A DNA stretch of 64,000 nucleotides. It comes from Paraspadella gotoi. Its lineage: Eukaryota > Animalia > Chaetognatha. Location: positions 17,420,893 through 17,484,892 of the forward strand of contig CM119270.1 in NCBI GenBank assembly GCA_051294375.1. Direction: 5' to 3'. The notes under the pieces are model-generated. The model was not told the origin of the DNA, did no database searches, and worked only from the letters and a program-made list of their open reading frames with translations. Positions 1 to 13,029 of the stretch are shown here, piece by piece. Each line of letters opens with the position of its first letter. The first letter of the stretch is position 1. The translations under genes were made by a program, and so were the position numbers.

Positions 1-1120
1 TTGATTTGTTATATTTCGTTATTTTTCAACGCCCTACTGACCAAAACCCTTGAGAAATCGGGTCTAGTAGATTGGACAAAGCTACTGACGGAAATTGTTG
101 GGTAGACCGCTTGTAAAGTGCCTCAGAGTCATCCGATAGACAGAGATGATGAAGCACCAACCCCCGCAATTGGCGTGATGGAAAGGGGATGCCCAAAGGA
201 TTCTCTCACTTGAAGTGAACTGGCCAATGCACCAGTGATGAGCGGTAATTTTTGTAGGATGCGGCGTAGGATCGGCTTGAAGTTTGTCAGTGGTTCATAG
301 ACAGTTCTGATCTAATGATTCATAACCTGCAGCATATCTTAACTGATCAATATAAAATGTTAACACATAAATATTTTTAGTATTTTCTACTCAACTTAAT
401 TTTAAAATCAATGAAATAACCACTGGTTTGCAAATGACAGTGTATTTCTACCGGCGCTTGTAAAATTGTCACCATGTATTCGAGCAGACATGAGCATCAC
501 CTTATATTTAGCACTAATCAAGCGATCAAGAGCGGGATTATTATAAGATGACTTAAAACAACTTAATGGACTGGAAACGACTTATAACTCTTAAAAAACC
601 CCGACACTGACTATTATAATAATATCACGTGATCTGTATAAAAGGAAAGGGGTTGATATAAATTAATACGTAATGATAATCAATTAAAATTAATTAGAGT
701 ATAAACCAATGCTTTATTAAACAAGCCACAAATGGGAGACGTTGACAATTACATTGATTCTTCAAGAATTTGAGTCCAACAAAGGAAAAACAATTTTGCT
801 GATAGTTTTCATTCCAACTTTGCATCAAGATTTTTATCGCTCGAAGCAAAGATGAGACACGAGAAGAAAAAAATTGCGAAGCGGGTCAAAGGGGAAAAGA
901 GAGATAGAGAGAGGGAAACGGACGGACGGCTTGAGAATAAGAGAGGCAGTTTGGAGGAAGTAAGGGGGCTGATGAATGATAATGATGATGAGAATGATGA
1001 TCACTATGCTGAATGATGATAATAATTTATAATTTGATTGAAATGAATTCTTTGCACGTTTTTTTTTTTCTCACTCAGCAAGGGGCTAATAACATTATTT
1101 CTCATAGAATTTAATTGCGT

Positions 1121-1159
<39 letters not shown>

Positions 1160-1357
1160 TCTTCTCTCTCTCTCTTACTTCTCTCTCATCTATATATTTA
1201 TACTCCTCCTCATCTGCACATAGGATAGCTCGTCTTTTCCCCTCGAAGCTCAAAAGAAGCGTCTTCCCCATCGAATCATAAAAAATTTAATCAATATAAA
1301 AAGTGAGAGAGAGAAAAAGAAAGAAAGAAGAGAGAGAGAGAGAAGAGAGAAGAGAGA

Positions 1358-1388
<31 letters not shown>

Positions 1389-1481
1389 GAGAGAGAGAGA
1401 GAAAGAGATGAAGTAAGAAATTGAGCTGAAGTTTAATCGAGTATTGGTTAATGCAATGACACGATTGCTTTTGTTGACCTC

Positions 1482-1528
<47 letters not shown>

Positions 1529-1661
1529 NNNNNNNNNNNNNNNNNNNNNNNNNAAAAAAAAAACGTGCAAGATCATCATCATTATCATAATTATTATCAT
1601 CATCAGCATAGTGATCATCATCATCCTCATCATCATTATCATCATCAGCCTCCTTACTTAC

Positions 1662-2783
1662 CTCCAACTGCCTCATCTTATTCTCAAGCCGTCCGTCCGT
1701 CCTGTTCAGCCTCCCGAGCAGCTCCTTGTACATCGGGAGTCTCCAGTAGTTTGATCTTTCGTCGTTGAGTTCGCTCATCGTTGCTGTTGAAAATGGGGGT
1801 TGGTGTAGCTGTTGCGACTTTAAAATTCTATGTCGTCCACTCTCAAATGTGGAGGGATTGAGGGGGCGGCGGTTGATCGCTCCTACATTTGATCAACCTA
1901 CACATTTGTACAACTAATATAAAAGTTATCCATTCATTCCGTAAATAAGTAGTATTACATTACAATTTATAGAAAAATTAATGATAAATAGGTTTAGATA
2001 AAAAAAAAATCATAAACTTCATCATCATTCAATATATTTGATAGTTTTTGTTAATTTGTATAAACAAATCATTAAAACTTCAAAAAATTTTAACCTTCAT
2101 TTTGCTCTTCAAGCTATATCAGAATCCAATAAAAAAAATTTAAATTTACCTCAAAAAATGTTTAACCTTATATAATATTTTATATAATTAAGATAAATCT
2201 TAATTTTTTTAATTTTCATTATCTTTAATCAATATATTAACAATATTTATACCGGACTTCTGTTAGTTTGTAACCTGTAACCTTATTACACAACTAATAA
2301 CACCAATTTAAATACATATCTGTTCAATTTATTCAATATGTTTGTCTCCATATTCGTCCCCATATTAGTCATCGAAGAAAATATACACGTTTACAATGTA
2401 ATTCTTTAAAACGCGTCTCCATGGACCAAGTTCTCCCCTTACCCTCTCAACTCACCCTGCATCCTCTGCGCGGATTCCTTCGTCCGCTTCGCCTCCTCCT
2501 CCAACGCCCCCACCGACGCCTCCATCGAATCCAACGTCGACGAAGATCGATGAGAAACCAACTTCAACTCGTTCGTCAACTTCTTGAGCTCCACCTCTTG
2601 GGAGGCGAGGAGGCGGTGGGTTTTTCTGAGAGAGTTGAGGGGAGGGGGTTGGTGGAGAGTGGGGGGAAGAGTGGAGGAGAGGGGGAGGGGTGGGGGAGGG
2701 AGCAAGGGGTAAGGGAGGAAAATATGGGAGGAACGGGAAGAGATGAAGGAGGAAAGAGAGAAAGTGGAGGGAGGAAGGTAAAA

Positions 2784-2823
<40 letters not shown>

Positions 2824-3336
2824 GAAAGAAAGAAAGAAATGAAAGAAAGAAAGAAAGAAAGAAAAAGAAAAAAAAAAAGAAAGAAAGAAATAAGGGAAAG
2901 AAATAAAAAAAGAAAGAAATAAGGGAAAGAAAGAAAGAAAAAAAGAAAGAAAGAATAAAAACAAAAGTGACCCATAAATCCCGGCGGACGCTCAGTGAGG
3001 CGTCAGCTCAGTGAGGAGTCAGCTCAGTGAGGCGTTAGCTCAGGTGGTAGGATTAACAGCTTCACCGGAGCGCGTTAAAGTCGCCTGACTAAGAAGTCGC
3101 CACCGAAACTTTCGTCCAAATCAGTCGGACATTTAACGAGGCGATTAGCTTGAAGGCGACTAGTTAAACTGCTGGACTTCGGTGTAGGAAATGAACATGT
3201 TAAGAATAAATTCGATAAAATAACTTTTAATCCGATGTTTTAACATTGATTTCCGATATCCATTTCTCGACATTCAGTGGTTAATATCGCGAGCACTCTT
3301 TTTGAGTGCTCCCTCTCTCTCTCTCTCTCTCTCCTC

Positions 3337-3369
<33 letters not shown>

Positions 3370-3378
3370 TTCTCTCTG

Positions 3379-3418
<40 letters not shown>

Positions 3419-6400
3419 CATAGAACAGACAGATTGTCCGGGGTATTGACAGAGGAAGTATTTCTTGTCCCAATTTGGAGAAGAAAGAAAGAAATAAAAA
3501 AAGAAAGAAAGAAGGAAAGAAAGAAAGAAAATAAAAAAAAAGATAAGTAACAAACAAAAAAAAGAAATGTGATGAAGGAGTCAATTACATCCGGGATGTT
3601 GATGACAGAATCGTTTAGATTCCGGATGTCAATGGCAAAAACGCACGTAAAAAGCAAAAAAAACTGAAAGCAGCAAACGAGGAAACAAATAAAGTTCCTG
3701 TCGGTGTTTTGTTGTTGTTGTTATTGTACATGTCGCATTTGAATGGTTGTCGTTGTAGTTCGTAAAAAATTTTTCAATTCCTGATTGAAGTAAAGATTAA
3801 TATCCTTAGCAACATCTTATCATGTTATCATATTTGAAACAAGTTTGAGCAAACAATGTCGGATCTGCCTACAATAATTTAGCGGTAATAAGCTAATATG
3901 ATGATAAATCACGGTAATATTTTCTGACTTTCAATTTGTGATCTTTACAGACATTTTAATAAATATATGAAAAAATATATAAATCAATTGATCTATCAAT
4001 CATTACAAGTAGCTGCAACTTATAAAATTTTGTAAACTTGCATAATTTGGTAATTTTGCATAATTTGGTAAACTGGCATAAATTGGTCAACTGACATAAT
4101 AACAAATCAATCAATAAATAAATCATTCAATCAATCAGAGAGAGATAGGGAGAGGGAAACTTTTAAAAATTTAAAATCAAAATGTATCATTTGGTTTTCT
4201 AATTTCAACTTTTTTCCACTCTTACGATTCCATCAAAAATTTATATCCAGCTTAACCACATACTTTTCTACCCACACACAAAATTTCATTTCAATTTATC
4301 TATCTAATTTTTAATTAATATAATAATTATGAGTAAAAATACTTCAAGTAAATATTACCTTTTTTCCATTTAAACTCTTTTCCACTTGCACGATTCCATC
4401 GAAACTCTATTATCCAGCTCCATCACACACTTTCCTACCCACACACAAAATTTCATTCCAATCCATCCATCCAATCACGAGTAATTGGAGTTTAATGAAA
4501 AGGTGAGACGGACCTTCAAACAGACATGGACAGACAGACAGACAGACGGATGGACATCATTTTTTTGCACAATTTATCATAATTTGATGTTCTGGCTTGA
4601 TTTTAGTGAGTGCCCGACAAGATTTAGAGGGGAACAACGGACCGAAAAAGTGGATTATAGAGTCGGAATATGCTGATAAGCAGATCCGACTAAAATGGTT
4701 GTCGTTGTTTACTAAATACACACAAAATGAATTCATTTTTAGAATTTCTTTTTAAACCTAAAAAATTGTAGATGATGATGATGATGATGATGACGATAAT
4801 AATGATAATTATGATGATGAATCGAAACCCTATCGCCCACCTTCTCGCGTCCTCTGCCTTCTCCCTCTCTCGACCCACGACTCGTTCCAACTTCTCCTTC
4901 TCCGCCCTCAGCGACTGCAGCGTCCTGTCCACCGACTCCAGGATGTGCAGCCGCTGCGACGCCGCCCTCAGCTCCTGGTTCCGCTTGGCGAGTGTCTGGC
5001 TTTGTTCGCGGAGTTGAGAGGCTTGTTGCGCCGCCGAAGATTTGAGGGAACGGACGTCGTCTTGGGGTGGATGAGGGGGGCGGAGAAAGCTAATCGATTG
5101 ATTGATTGGTTTAAAAAAGAAATGGGTACTATTTCATTTAATAAATGAGACAAAACAAATTTTATTCATTCACTGATTAATTGAATAAATCAGTTAATTG
5201 ACCCCTGAGCCTATAGGGGCAAAAAAAAAAATTATTTTTAAAATTTTTTAAATTATTTTGGTTTTGAACTGTTGCACAGACGTTTACTCCTCAACTATAA
5301 CCTATTTATTACCACAAAAAATATTGGTTTACTTTAATTAATTAAGTTTCAGCTTCATGAACATCAGCGGTTCAAGTCAGATTTGGAATAATTAAATAAT
5401 GGGGAGAAAAATATCTTCAATCACCGATTAATTAGCAAAAAAATTATAAATTTTTGTTTTAAAAATTTTTTTAAATGTTTAAGACATCGATGAATCCGAT
5501 TCTACTAAAAAATTATAAAAAATTTTAAAAAGGTTTTAGCCTTTTTTGGCCCCCCAGGGGTTTAGCCGCAGGTCCCTGTATCTCTGGTCAGGTGTTGAAT
5601 ATCAAAATTTGCTTCGATAGTTCCATTTATATGGTCATTAGGACTCAAATGTAAAATTTCATGAAATTCGATCGGGTAGTTTGGTGCGAACAGATTCTGG
5701 TCACAAAAAATGGGTACTATGGCAACAGCCGGGTTGCCTGTGATGCCCATTGGGATGGGGCATCTCACTGTTGGCTTTGGGGGCTTCCGACCGTCAGTGA
5801 CGCCTCCAGTCACTGGCGCGGTTACCCTCAGACTGTCTCGCTTTGCCAACGCAGAGGGAAGTCGTTAGGACTGTGGATGGAACACTCTGCCTGGGATGGT
5901 GTGTTCCCCCTCCGGCTGAAGGACTGTGGACGAGAGGCGGTGTGAATATACCGCCACAGTACCTCATTTTGCCTTCTGTAGGTTAAAGCTACGAAAAATT
6001 ATTAAAACGTCTTAATAGTTTCTATTACAAAGAGTAAAAAAGTAGAGAATTTGGACCTTTTTTTCCGTTTTTGACGCTGAAGACATTATAATATTTAATA
6101 ACATATTTTATATTTTAGATCTAACTTTTTATGAAGAATCAGAATCTTTAATAAAAATTTCTAAAAAATTACTTTGAAAATTTATTATTTTATAAGGATA
6201 TTACCCGAATTATATTGTAATTAATGATACTGTTCCCCAAACAATATAAGCATAATATTTTTTGACCTCCTTAATCATACTATCTCACGTCTAAATATCC
6301 TTGTTTGTTCACTCAAATAAAATTTATGTTCCCCAGTGCTCCACTCAAATCCTCACCCTTCATCTCCTCCAACTCCTTCGTCAGCCTCTCGTTCATCTTC

Positions 6401-6651
6401 TTGACTTTGTGGACGTCCTCCTTGCAGATTTCGCCAGCGTGTCCTTCCGCGTTCTTTAACGACTTTATCTCCCGCTGCTGCAGCCGCAGCGTCCTCCGCT
6501 GCTCCGAGTTCTGCTGCTGCATCTTGGAGACAGAGGCTTCCAACTGCCGCAGGTCGAATTTGGAGGCTTCGATGAGCCGCTGCAGATTCTCATTGTCGTT
6601 CTTGATGGAGGATTCGGAAGTCTTTGAGAAGTGCTGATCGCGTTTGATCAC
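1662..6651 (-). CDS. Multi-exon coiled-coil protein gene, partial; exons 6651-6357, 5060-4841, 2625-2456, 1783-1662
   Basis: Four GC-rich islands with AG acceptors and GT donors (GTGAGG, GTGGGC, GTGAGT, GTAAGT). Phases chain 0>1>2>1>0 into one open reading: VIKRDQHFSK...KELEEMK/DDVRSLK...AEDAR/RKTHRLLASQEVELKK...QRMQ/ATMSELNDERSNYWRLPMYKELLGRLNRTDGRLENKMRQLE. Heptad-like E/K/Q/L-rich sequence; family not recognised. Confidence 0.8.
3837..4695 (-). mobile_element. Non-autonomous Helentron/DINE-1-like element (HINE)
   Basis: One end has the palindrome AGTCGGAATATGCT-GATA-AGCAGATCCGACT followed by an A run. The other end has a subterminal inverted copy GTCGGATCTGC plus a small GTTTG-AG-CAAAC stem-loop. 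Internal (CAGA/CGGA)n microsatellite at ~4525-4555. This matches the DINE-1/HINE architecture; family assignment is inference. Confidence 0.65.
5722..5958. repeat. GC-rich, highly structured dispersed repeat (~240 bp); inverted copy at 33131-33381
   Basis: Near-identical reverse-complement match between the two loci. Multiple internal stems (GGCGGT/ACCGCC, GGAACAC/GTGTTCC, CAGTGAC/GTCACTG, GTTGGC/GCCAAC, TGCCC/GGGCA). Confidence 0.75.
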
Positions 6652-6726
6652 CTGACACGCGATTAGATGAGAGAGGACGAGCGATCGAGAGAGAATTGAT
6701 CCTTGGCTTGTAATACAGATGACGCA

Positions 6727-6771
<45 letters not shown>

Positions 6772-7039
6772 GGGATTTGTTAGAGCACAATGGGGGAAAA
6801 AAGAGCAGTGTGATCCGGTTTTTATGATTTTTCCCTCCCTCTCTCTCTCTTCTCTCTCTCTCTCTCTTCTCTCTCTATCTTCTCTCCACTCTCGATCCTA
6901 AGTGTATGGTATTTTTTTTTATTTAAGTTTTGCATTTAATTTAACATTCATTAATATTTGCTGAGTTGGCTTTTTTTGTCAGTCCGAATCCTTTCTACAC
7001 TCATTAACCTTAACATGTTAAATGAATGTATTATGACCT

Positions 7040-7310
7040 GGCGACTGCTTCACCGCGTCTCTCTCTCTAAACCCTCCTCCTCTTCTCTTTCCTTTCGGAG
7101 CCGGTCTATTCCACACGGTCCACTTTGCCCTAGCTTGGCACATTGACCTAAATTGAACCGGACACTCAATAATAGGCCGAGCGGACGTAAGGTCAAGATT
7201 TAGTCCCGCGGCGAATAAAAAGTGGGATCAGTGATGAGAGCTTACTCTCATCTTCCTTTGCTACTCTCTTCACATCACGTCTACAATTCTTCACTTCTCC
7301 TACTTTATTA
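7040..7310 (+). repeat. Dispersed repeat family; other copies at 28153-28415 and 30880-31120
   Basis: Shared core CACGGTCACTTTGCCCTAGCTTTGGCAATGACCTTAGATTGACCGGACAC...AAAAGTGGATCAG, ending in a (TTA)n-like tail. SINE-like but unclassified. Confidence 0.7.
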
Positions 7311-8502
7311 TCGGTCACCGACCAAATTTCAACAATTTAATGGAACCATATTAACTATCCATAATTTGTGTTCATTAATTAATTGTGTAAAATATTTTTT
7401 TCATAAAATGTTCCGAACCATGCGAGAATTCTCGCTAATTAATATATAATTTATATGGCCTAATCATATGTCAAAAACTCTTTTTGGAATAGTTTAAGTT
7501 TACTTTTCACATTGTACTCTCTAGATAAGGCTTTAAAAAACATTAACAAAAAATATCAATTACAACTTTTTAACAATTTTGATTGTTTATTACGAAAAAT
7601 TAGTAAAACAGCTCTAAAAATCATCGGGATGATGAGTATGATGATGATTGTTAATGTCTTTTCTCAATTTCAAACTCACCACTTTATACATCAACAATAC
7701 TTGAAAAAATAATTATACCTTGTGCTAGACTAATCTTTTTATATAACTATCCTTGAATCTCGCTTTTAAAACAATATAAAAAATTCAAAAATTTTTTTGA
7801 CATTTCCTATTCTATAAATAAATATTACAACAATATAACATTACTACATGCTTCTTGCCATCTTTAGGACAAGATTTTGCCTCCATTGAACTGTTTTCTC
7901 CAGAAATGTATGAAGTTTCGATTGGAAAGTTCCCAAATCAAGAACTTCTTGACCCACCCCGATTGTACGAAGTTCTGGCTTACTACTTTCTTATTATTTA
8001 TTTTCGTTGTCTTCTATCAAGTGCATCTAATTTGACATCATGATTCGTGGTAGAAGTTTATATATATATACAGTGGTTTATTATGAATGCTAAATTAAGA
8101 ATGTGCAAACCTGAAAACCGAGCTGACNNNNNNNNNNNNNNNNNNNNNNNNNNNNNNNNNNNNNNNNNNNNNNNNNNNNNNNNNNNNNNNNNNNNNNNNN
8201 NNNNNNNNNNNNNNNNNNNNNNNNNNNNNNNNNNNNNNNNNNNNNNNNNNNNNNNNNNNNNNNNNNNNNNNNNNNNNNNNNNNNNNNNNNNNNNNNNNNN
8301 ACAAAACTACAATTAAATATCTAAATATCAATTAGAAAACTAAATTTTATTAAACGCTATTGAAAATATTGCTAAAATAGTAAAATAAGATTTTTATTAA
8401 CACCCTATGGATCGCAGCAAAGGTGCGCCAGTTGAGGAAAAAAAAAAATCATCTATCCTTTGCCGAATGTTAAAATTTAATTAACTTGCCCATCTACTTT
8501 CA

Positions 8503-9925
8503 TTTTTAGTCGGATCTACTCATCAGCAGATTCCAATTCTATAATCCACTTTGTCGGTCTGTCGGTCGGCCCTTCCATCTTGTTGGGAATTAACTTAAAT
8601 TATGTCAGAACATCAAATTATGATAAATTTTGCAAATCTGTCCGTCCATCTGTTGTCCCTTAGCAAAAAACTCTAATTACTAGTGATTGGATAAATGTAT
8701 TATAATTAAATTTAGTGTGTGGTTAGGAAAGTGTTTGCTTGAGCGGGAAATAAAATTTCAATGGAATCGTGCAAGTAAAAATGAGTTTAAATGGAAAAAA
8801 CATAAGTCACATTTACTTAAATTTTTTTACTAATTATAATCCTAATCAGCGCAAATAATAAGTGTGGGAAATGTCACAGATTTGGTATTGAGAGAAATAA
8901 ATTTTTAACAACTTATTTGCGCTGATGAAGGCTAACATATTAGCCAAACATGTACAATTTTGTCCTTGAAAAAAAAAATTCAAACGCAACAAAATTAAAA
9001 GCTCAAAATAATAATTTTAACCCTATAATTAGTCTAATTAATCATATTTGGATGGATAGATTGAAATGAAATTTTGTGTGTGGGTACGAAAGTGTGTTAT
9101 AAAGCTGGATATAAAGTTGGGATGGAATCGAGCTAGTGGAAATGATTTTAAAATATAAGTCACATTTACTTGAATCTTTTTACTAATTTAAACCCATAAT
9201 TACTCAAATTAATCATAAATGTATGGATATATTGAGATTAAATTTTGTGTGTGGGTAGTAAAGTATGTGTGTGTGTGTTCTGATGGAATCAAGGAGTTGA
9301 AATGAGTTTGCATGGAAACAACCAAAGTCAAGTTGACTTTAATTTTTATTATTTATGCTTACTCATGAATGTTTTAATTCATTAGTTAATTAAATAATNN
9401 NNNNNNNNNNNNNNNNNNNNNNNCAATTAAAGTGAAAAAGTTATTCAATTTTAAAAAATGAATGAATTTGAAAAAAAATGATGCAATTTAAATAAATGAT
9501 GCAAAATAAAAAGATTATTTAAGTTGAAAAAATGATTCAAGCTGAAAAATGATTCAAGTTGAAAAAATAATGCAAATAAAAAATGATGCAAGTTTAAAAA
9601 ATGATGTGAATTGAAAAAATTATGCAAATTAAAAAAATTATGCAAGTTAAAAAAATGATGTGAGTTTAAAAAATTATGCAAGTTCAAAATAAATTAATAG
9701 TAAAAAAAATTATTTGTACTTTTTTAGTATTTATTTCTACCATAGTAACAGTTCAGTTTAATCTATTGCAAGCGATTTACATGTATTGGCGGAGCCACTG
9801 GTTTGGTAAGGTACGATCTGTTATGATCAGTTACGATCACAAATTGAAAGATTTTTATCATCTGATAAGCTGATTACCGCTTAAATATCATAGGCAGATC
9901 CGACATTGTTTGTTCAAACTTGTTT
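8503..9925 (+). mobile_element. HINE/DINE-1-like element with internal ~18-bp tandem repeats
   Basis: Starts TTTTTAGTCGGATCT...CAGATTCC, has a GTCG/GTCT microsatellite, and ends TAGGCAGATCCGACATTGTTTGTTCAAACTTGTTT. AAAAAATGATGCAAGTT-type array at ~9470-9690. Confidence 0.6.
8917..8958 (+). ncRNA. Minimal type I hammerhead ribozyme-like motif (degenerate)
   Basis: CTGATGA-AGGCTAA-CATA-TTAGCC-(G)AAA-CATGTA: conserved core, stem II GGCTAA/TTAGCC, palindromic stem III ACATGT. The G of GAAA is missing (error or decay). Confidence 0.55.
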
Positions 9926-10210
9926 AACTTGCCTCCTTCATTTTTTTAGACAGGTTTTTTTTAAGCGCAGCAGAAGAAGGAATAGAAGCAAAATCGAGAG
10001 GTTAAAGTAACCTTCATTTCACAACAAGATTTTTATTAGAGGCTGGCAACTGGACATTCCTTATTTTTAAAAAAATCATCGGCTAAACTTTAAGGTACTC
10101 ATTTTTACATTCGTTTTATATGTTAACGAAAAATCAATATAACAATCTTCATCTTTAAATTTTTTCAACGATCCTCTGGCTCACAGGTATACTCTACTGG
10201 CAATCCTCCA

Positions 10211-10333
10211 GTGGTCATTGGTGCAGAGGCCAGGGATTGTAGCCCGGTGGGCGCCTAGCAGTTAAGAGGGATGGGGCGCTCAACCCGCCTGTAATGTGGC
10301 GTTACAACCTGATTCAAAGCCCAAGGACTGCTT
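10211..10333 (+). mobile_element. tRNA-derived SINE, internally deleted copy
   Basis: Matches the reverse complement of 34841-34989 (AGCCCGGTGG...GTTAAGAGGGA.GGGGCGCT.AACCCGCCTGTAA). Lies ~80 bp upstream of the ATG at 10412. Confidence 0.6.
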
Positions 10334-10411
10334 AATGCTTATATACAGTTCTTTCACTGAATCACTAACAATTATTCTGTCTCTACAGTTTGTTTATTCA
10401 TCAATCCCGCC

Positions 10412-12778
10412 ATGCCGTCTTCCGAAGACCCATACCAGACAGTGAGCGAAAAAGAAAGCAAAAGCTCCAACGCCTCTGCTGTGGGTAAGGTGCTCTTTGT
10501 TCTCATCTGCGTCGTCGGCGTCATCGTCGTAGTTCTATTACTCATCTTCCTCTCAGTCAGGGTCGATGAACTCGACAAGGTAAGTGGAGCGGTAATTTTT
10601 TGTGTTAAGATGTCTGGGTTAAATTATATTTATAATTACAAACTTAATTATCACAACAATATAAAAGTGTTCCTTGAGAGAAAAAAGGACACTACAATCT
10701 CATGCACAATTACACATACAAACTCAGAGCTTTTCAAACGATGTTGACATTAGTTCCCCTTGAACATTACATTCAAGACAGAAGGAAAGTGCACAAGTTG
10801 ATTAAATTTATATGAAAAGCATTACTAATCATCATAAAATATATATATAATGAAATTGGTACAACCAATATAAAAATTATCATTCATTTAATAAATAGGC
10901 TATCTTGCCCCTGACTTTGGACAGGCCTTTGGTGGTTTAAGGCCTCCATCACCTTAGAAGATAATGACATAGCAACCTGCAAGCTTTCAATCAAGACTCT
11001 CTCACAGTCTCGTTTATTCACTCCCAGAAAGTACCTGCTTCATTAATGATACTTTCTATTTCAGCATTGGGCAAGCTCCACGGTGACGAGATGGAGACTT
11101 CAAAGGCACAAATCTGGATTCAATGTCATCAAGTTAAGAGATGAAAGATGATATCAAGGGTGATGTTTATGAACGTCTTAAACCAAGTGCTGGCCGACTT
11201 GACGAAAGTCAAAGAAACAAATTACGGAGGAAAAGCAACAATTGATCAAGAATTGACAAACCAAATGAACAAAATCGACGCCAATGTCGACAAATTGTCC
11301 AACGAAGTCACGATGGAGACTAATCAGATTGACACAAACCTGGGAATGTCCACAAGTGTCTACAATGAAACCGAGGAAATCCAAACAGAGATGATGAGTT
11401 TGAAGATGCTTGTTGTCCAGAGACCAACGAATTGGATGAATCCTCCAGGAAGATCAATGAGACCTATAGAAAAGACAAATGAGTTGACAGACCATCCAAA
11501 ACCAACAAACATTTAACAAAACAGATCCATCAATGAATCATTGCAGAAACTGAGCAAAAAAGTTGACAATGAAACCGTCAGATTGACAAAGACCTGATCA
11601 ACTTGGACGAGTAGTCAAGATGGAAACAAATGAGGTCAACACAGCGATATCAAATCTGACGACAAAACTTAATGAAGAGTTCGAGAAGTTGATGATTCTC
11701 TTAACAGCATCAATGATACAATGAGGAAGGTCCAAACATAGTGGAAAACTTAATTTGGTTCATCAGGAAGTCATTAATAGGACGGATGATATAGGCAGAG
11801 GTTTGAGGGCTCAAGAAAGCAAGCTGATAAACGAAACAAATGAAATTGATGAAAATTTGGGCAGTTTTCTAACAAACTTCAGCAAGGAGACCTTAGATAT
11901 AGACCTTGCTTTATCAAAGCTGAACAATAAAACTTCTATATACAACAATCAGGTTCGAGCTAAACTAGACACTTTGGATAGTAGTATAGATTTGAAAAGT
12001 GAAAACATTTCTGAAGTTATTTCAGCTGCCGAAGAAAAGATTTTACAGGAAACAAATAATATACAGTCTAACATTACAACTGTGCAAGACGAAGTAGATT
12101 CCAAGGCAAGGATTCTGGCTGACCATCTCGTAGATTTGAATAAAACTATAAAAGAGGAAACAAAAGAAATAGATGATGCCATTGAAAAATTAGATATGGC
12201 CATCCTCAACCAGACCGGTGAGATAAATACGGGATTTTTGGGCATCAAGTCTAACATATCGCAGCAAGTTTCTGAATTGGACTCAGCGGTCTCGATGCTG
12301 CAACAATCCTTGACAAACGAAACCAATGACATTGACGCCGTATTGACTCTGGTGAACAAGCAGCTCATTAATGCTTCGATTGAGAGGGACCAAGGATTCC
12401 CAAAACTATTGGATCAAATAAAAAATGAGACGGATGAAATAGATGGGAATCTCGTCACCTTGACATCAAACTTGGCGCTCTCGACCAATGAATTGAATTC
12501 TTCCATCAACAAATTGGGCAACAAATTAGGCAGCGGAAATGATGACACTGATCTTCTAAAAAACTTGACTGATATTATGAATGTGGGATTCTCGCAAAAT
12601 CTGGAGAAGATTGAAAACGAAACCAACGAGATTGATACAAAGATTTCCGGAGTCTCGAACCTTGTCTCGTCTCGTTATGATGGGACATTGAAAGCGATTT
12701 CCGAAATGTCAGGCAATGTTCAACTCAATCAAATCTTCAAAAATTCCTTTGATCAGGAAATTATAAACATGCATCAAG
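10412..12778 (+). CDS. Type II transmembrane protein, exons 1-2 (10412-10579, 11065-12778): cytoplasmic tail, TM helix, long 18-residue-repeat coiled-coil stalk
   Basis: MPSSEDPYQTVSEKESKSSNASAVGK-VLFVLICVVGVIVVVLLLIFLSV-RVDELDK ends at a GTAAGT donor (phase 0). Acceptor TTTCTATTTCAG at 11064. Large exon with ETNEID-type repeats ends at CAAG|GTAAGG. Indels at 11065-11755 look like read errors; the copy at 21279 is open over the same part. Confidence 0.85.
10851..11040 (+). repeat. Dispersed repeat family; other copies at ~35755-35990, 36015-36200, 36278-36372, 63701-63945
   Basis: Shared TGAAATTGGTACAACCAATATAAAAATTATCCATTCATTTAATAAATAAGCTATCTTGCCCCTGACTTTGGACAGG core. Unclassified. Confidence 0.75.
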
Positions 12779-13029
12779 GTAAGGGGGAAGTGAGGCACAA
12801 GAAAATAATAACTGTAATAAATTACTTTAAACTTTAAACTTTAAATCACTTTAGGCAGTGGCAAAAAGTCTGAATCTGGGCAGGTTAAGCATTCCTTTCC
12901 ACTCAACTGCTAAGTGGGCTAAAATCCAGAACCTTTGGCTTGGGTAGCTAATGACTAGCCTCCCATGCCATCCATCAAGAAATTTCAGTGACCGTGGTGT
13001 TCAAATTACGACAATTTACCAATTTATCC

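Noticed and set aside
1-320. Possible further exon of the minus-strand gene
   Set aside because: Moderately GC-rich, but noisy, with no recognisable peptide or consistent frame.
918-1070. Inverted copy of 1554-1700 as a real hairpin
   Set aside because: Indel-riddled copy near a 25-N gap; most likely a fold-back or gap-fill artefact.
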